Shown here: positions 61,860 through 64,000 of the stretch, piece by piece
Layout: each line of letters begins with the position of its first letter
How positions within the stretch are numbered: position 1 is the stretch's first letter
DNA from: Camelus ferus
Lineage: Eukaryota
Direction: 5' to 3'
NCBI RefSeq assembly: GCF_009834535.1
Contig: NC_045701.1
Coordinates: 73,470,001-73,534,000 of the forward strand
DNA length: 64,000 nt
Made by a program: the position numbers and the translations under genes
The notes under the pieces: model-generated
The model's database searches: none
The model's input: only the letters and a program-made list of their open reading frames with translations
What the model was told of the DNA's origin: nothing

Positions 61860-62399
61860 GTACAACCTTTTTTCTTTTTAAGCTATGTCTTTGTCCCAAG
61901 CACCACGCCTGTCTGCTGCCTCTGCCAGTGCCTCCTTCCTCGATTTACCAGTCCTCCCTCATTCCCATTCACCACCTGGCATTGCATCACCATCAGTGTC
62001 CTCTTGTCACTGGCTGAGAATGTCAAGACATGTGCCACAGGCTCCGGGAATGTATGTCGGCAGATGTCTTCTCAGTGTCACATACCTGCCAATAGAGAAC
62101 CTTTCCTGGCATTGACATCAGGCCTCTCCTGAATTGTGCCTTTGCTTCCAGCATGGCTGAAAGGGTATCAGGGATTTTATTTATAACTTAATATATGGGG
62201 AGGTAGAAATCAGAGACTTTTTCTTACATGGGTGTCATCATCAATAAAATGTTTCTTATGTCACTAATAGTGACTGCATCATATAATGCAAACTGAGCAG
62301 GAGGTCGGAAAACGATGTCAGGATGCCATGATGAGGGGAGGGGAGTAAGTTATTGAGTACTTACTAGATGTCAGGCATTATTAGGCAGTTTCTCAGTGT

Positions 62400-62620
62400 G
62401 CTGTAGTGGAACAGTATGGACTCTGATGTTGTAAAGACCTGGATTTAGGGCCAGGTAGTAGTTCCTGTTGGCTGTGTGACTTCTGGCAAGTCACTTAACC
62501 TCTCTGAACTTTGTCTTTCTCATCTATAAAAATGGGACAATAAAACTTACCTTGGAAGAGTTATGTATAGAGTGCCTGGAACATACATAGTAGGTACTCA
62601 ATAAATGGTAGGATTATTAT
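62400..62620 (+). mobile_element. MIR SINE relic
   Basis: ggctgtgtgacttctggcaagtcacttaacctctctgaac...tctcatctataaaaatgggacaataa...gtgcctggaacatacatagtaggtactcaataaatgg. Confidence 0.85.
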
Positions 62621-63646
62621 TTACAAATGTTATCTCATGGGAGACATTTAGTAGCATTGCACGCCCGCTCATGCCACACAACAAACCACAGTCAGCCTAT
62701 TTCTGTAGATAATCCATTGTCTCTTGAGATATTAACTGAATTTTATAAGTCTTTTGAGTCCAGTAGTTCTTTACAATAAACACCATCTAATTTCAGCTGG
62801 CAGGGTACAGCAGACAACATTTTCAGCCTTCCCAGCCTCCTGGGGTAGGCTGAGAAGGGGACTTGTATCGAACATGAAAGGCAAAGAGGATGTCTGACCA
62901 GTCACCAGGATCTGTGTATTCTTTTGTCTGGTTGAGCCTCATGGCCCTTTGTGCAATATATTGTGGTTTCTTGTATCCTTCCTTCATTTACCACATCAAA
63001 CCTGTTCATTCATCTCCTAACTGTTCAGCTTCATGTGTTGCTCCTGTCCTGAACCAGTGTCCACCCTCCATGTGCCATCTTACAGCATATTTAATAAAAG
63101 CTTCTGCTCAGCTTCCCGGGCTGATCTGTAGGATGGAAGGCGTTTCCCTTCACCAAGAGTCAGTGTCTCTTTACCGGTTTGCACTAGTCATAAGGCTGGT
63201 TGTCTCTCTAACCCTCTCCAATTTTCTTTTAATCAGAAATATTTCTTAAATTCTGTTGGCCAAATATGGTGTGTGTATGGGGAAAAGAAGGTTGGGAATC
63301 ACCACGCATTTAAAGCAGCCACTTCGCTTTCTTCTCCTGAAAATGCACAATTTCATTCAACTCAAGAATTTTGGTCTTATTGATCTTCTCTGAGTTCTTT
63401 TGGGTGCTAAGGGCAATCCTGAAATAGATACACCATTTGGGAATTTGGGTGTCTTCGTTTAGAAGATTCCGGAATGACAGAATTTCCAGTTATCCTGGAA
63501 TAATTAATTAATCATATCAAGTTAAATCATAATATAAAAGCACATATTAAAAAGCATAAGGCTCTCTTCAGATGTTAAATATTTTCATCATGCCATCAGT
63601 TCTGGAGGTTTAAAAGTGAACAGGGATCATCCACTTAACTCCATAG

Positions 63647-63969
63647 CAACATTGCCTGATAGAAATATAGTGTGAGTCACATACATAATTTTAAATTCCC
63701 TGGTAACTACATTTTAAAAAAAGATACAAAGTAACAGGTAAAGTTAATTTTAATTTTACATTTTATTTAACTTAATCTAGTATATCCAAAATGTTATCAT
63801 TTCAGGATGTAATCAATACAAAAATTTTAATAAGACATTTTACCTTTTTTTTTCACATTGAGCTTTCCAAATTGAGTATTTTATGCTCGCAGCATGCCTC
63901 AACTCAGACTACACACTTCTCCAGTGCTCAGTAGTCCCATGCGGCTATGGCTGCTGTGTGGGAGGCACA
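63647..63969 (+). mobile_element. MER33-like hAT-Charlie MITE, near full length
   Basis: gatagaaatatagtgtgagtcacatacataattttaaatt...aacaggtaaagttaattttaat...tatatccaaaatgttatcatttca...gtgctcagtagtcccatgcggctatggct. Confidence 0.8.
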
Positions 63970-64000
63970 ATTCTATAGGGTATCAAAATTGTGATGTAAG

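Noticed and set aside
1-64000. Novel multi-gene, defence or CRISPR-type system
   Set aside because: The sequence is a mammalian spliced gene with typical eutherian repeats. I saw no operons, repeat-spacer arrays or long unexplained ORFs.
61860-64000. SS6 microexon (VALxKADLQ-type) and the EGF3 exon
   Set aside because: No matching codons with splice sites seen; they presumably lie downstream of the window.

Overview
Mammalian genomic DNA, not prokaryotic. A Vic-1-like tRNA-derived SINE suggests a camelid (inference). The window holds four coding exons of alpha-neurexin-3 (NRXN3) on the + strand: 51396-51515, 59526-59907, 60698-60888 and 61686-61859. Together they give 867 nt in one open frame, covering the C-terminal part of LNS4, all of LNS5, and the junction before EGF3. 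Bases 1-51395 are the 3' part of a very large intron filled with ancient MIR, L2, hAT/Tigger MITE and LTR relics, and there is one 171-N assembly gap. I found no new protein-coding or multi-gene system. The best leads are regulatory and splicing features: a candidate PTB-type poison exon near 47 kb; three consecutive exons that begin with GT (re-splicing configuration); a YCAY cluster and weak donor before the expected SS6 site; strong CTCF motifs; a CpG/NRF1/Z-DNA cluster near 1.9 kb; an old local duplication of about 256 bp; and a MIR shifted toward GC/CpG. Repeat family names come from recalled consensus sequences and repeat boundaries are approximate.
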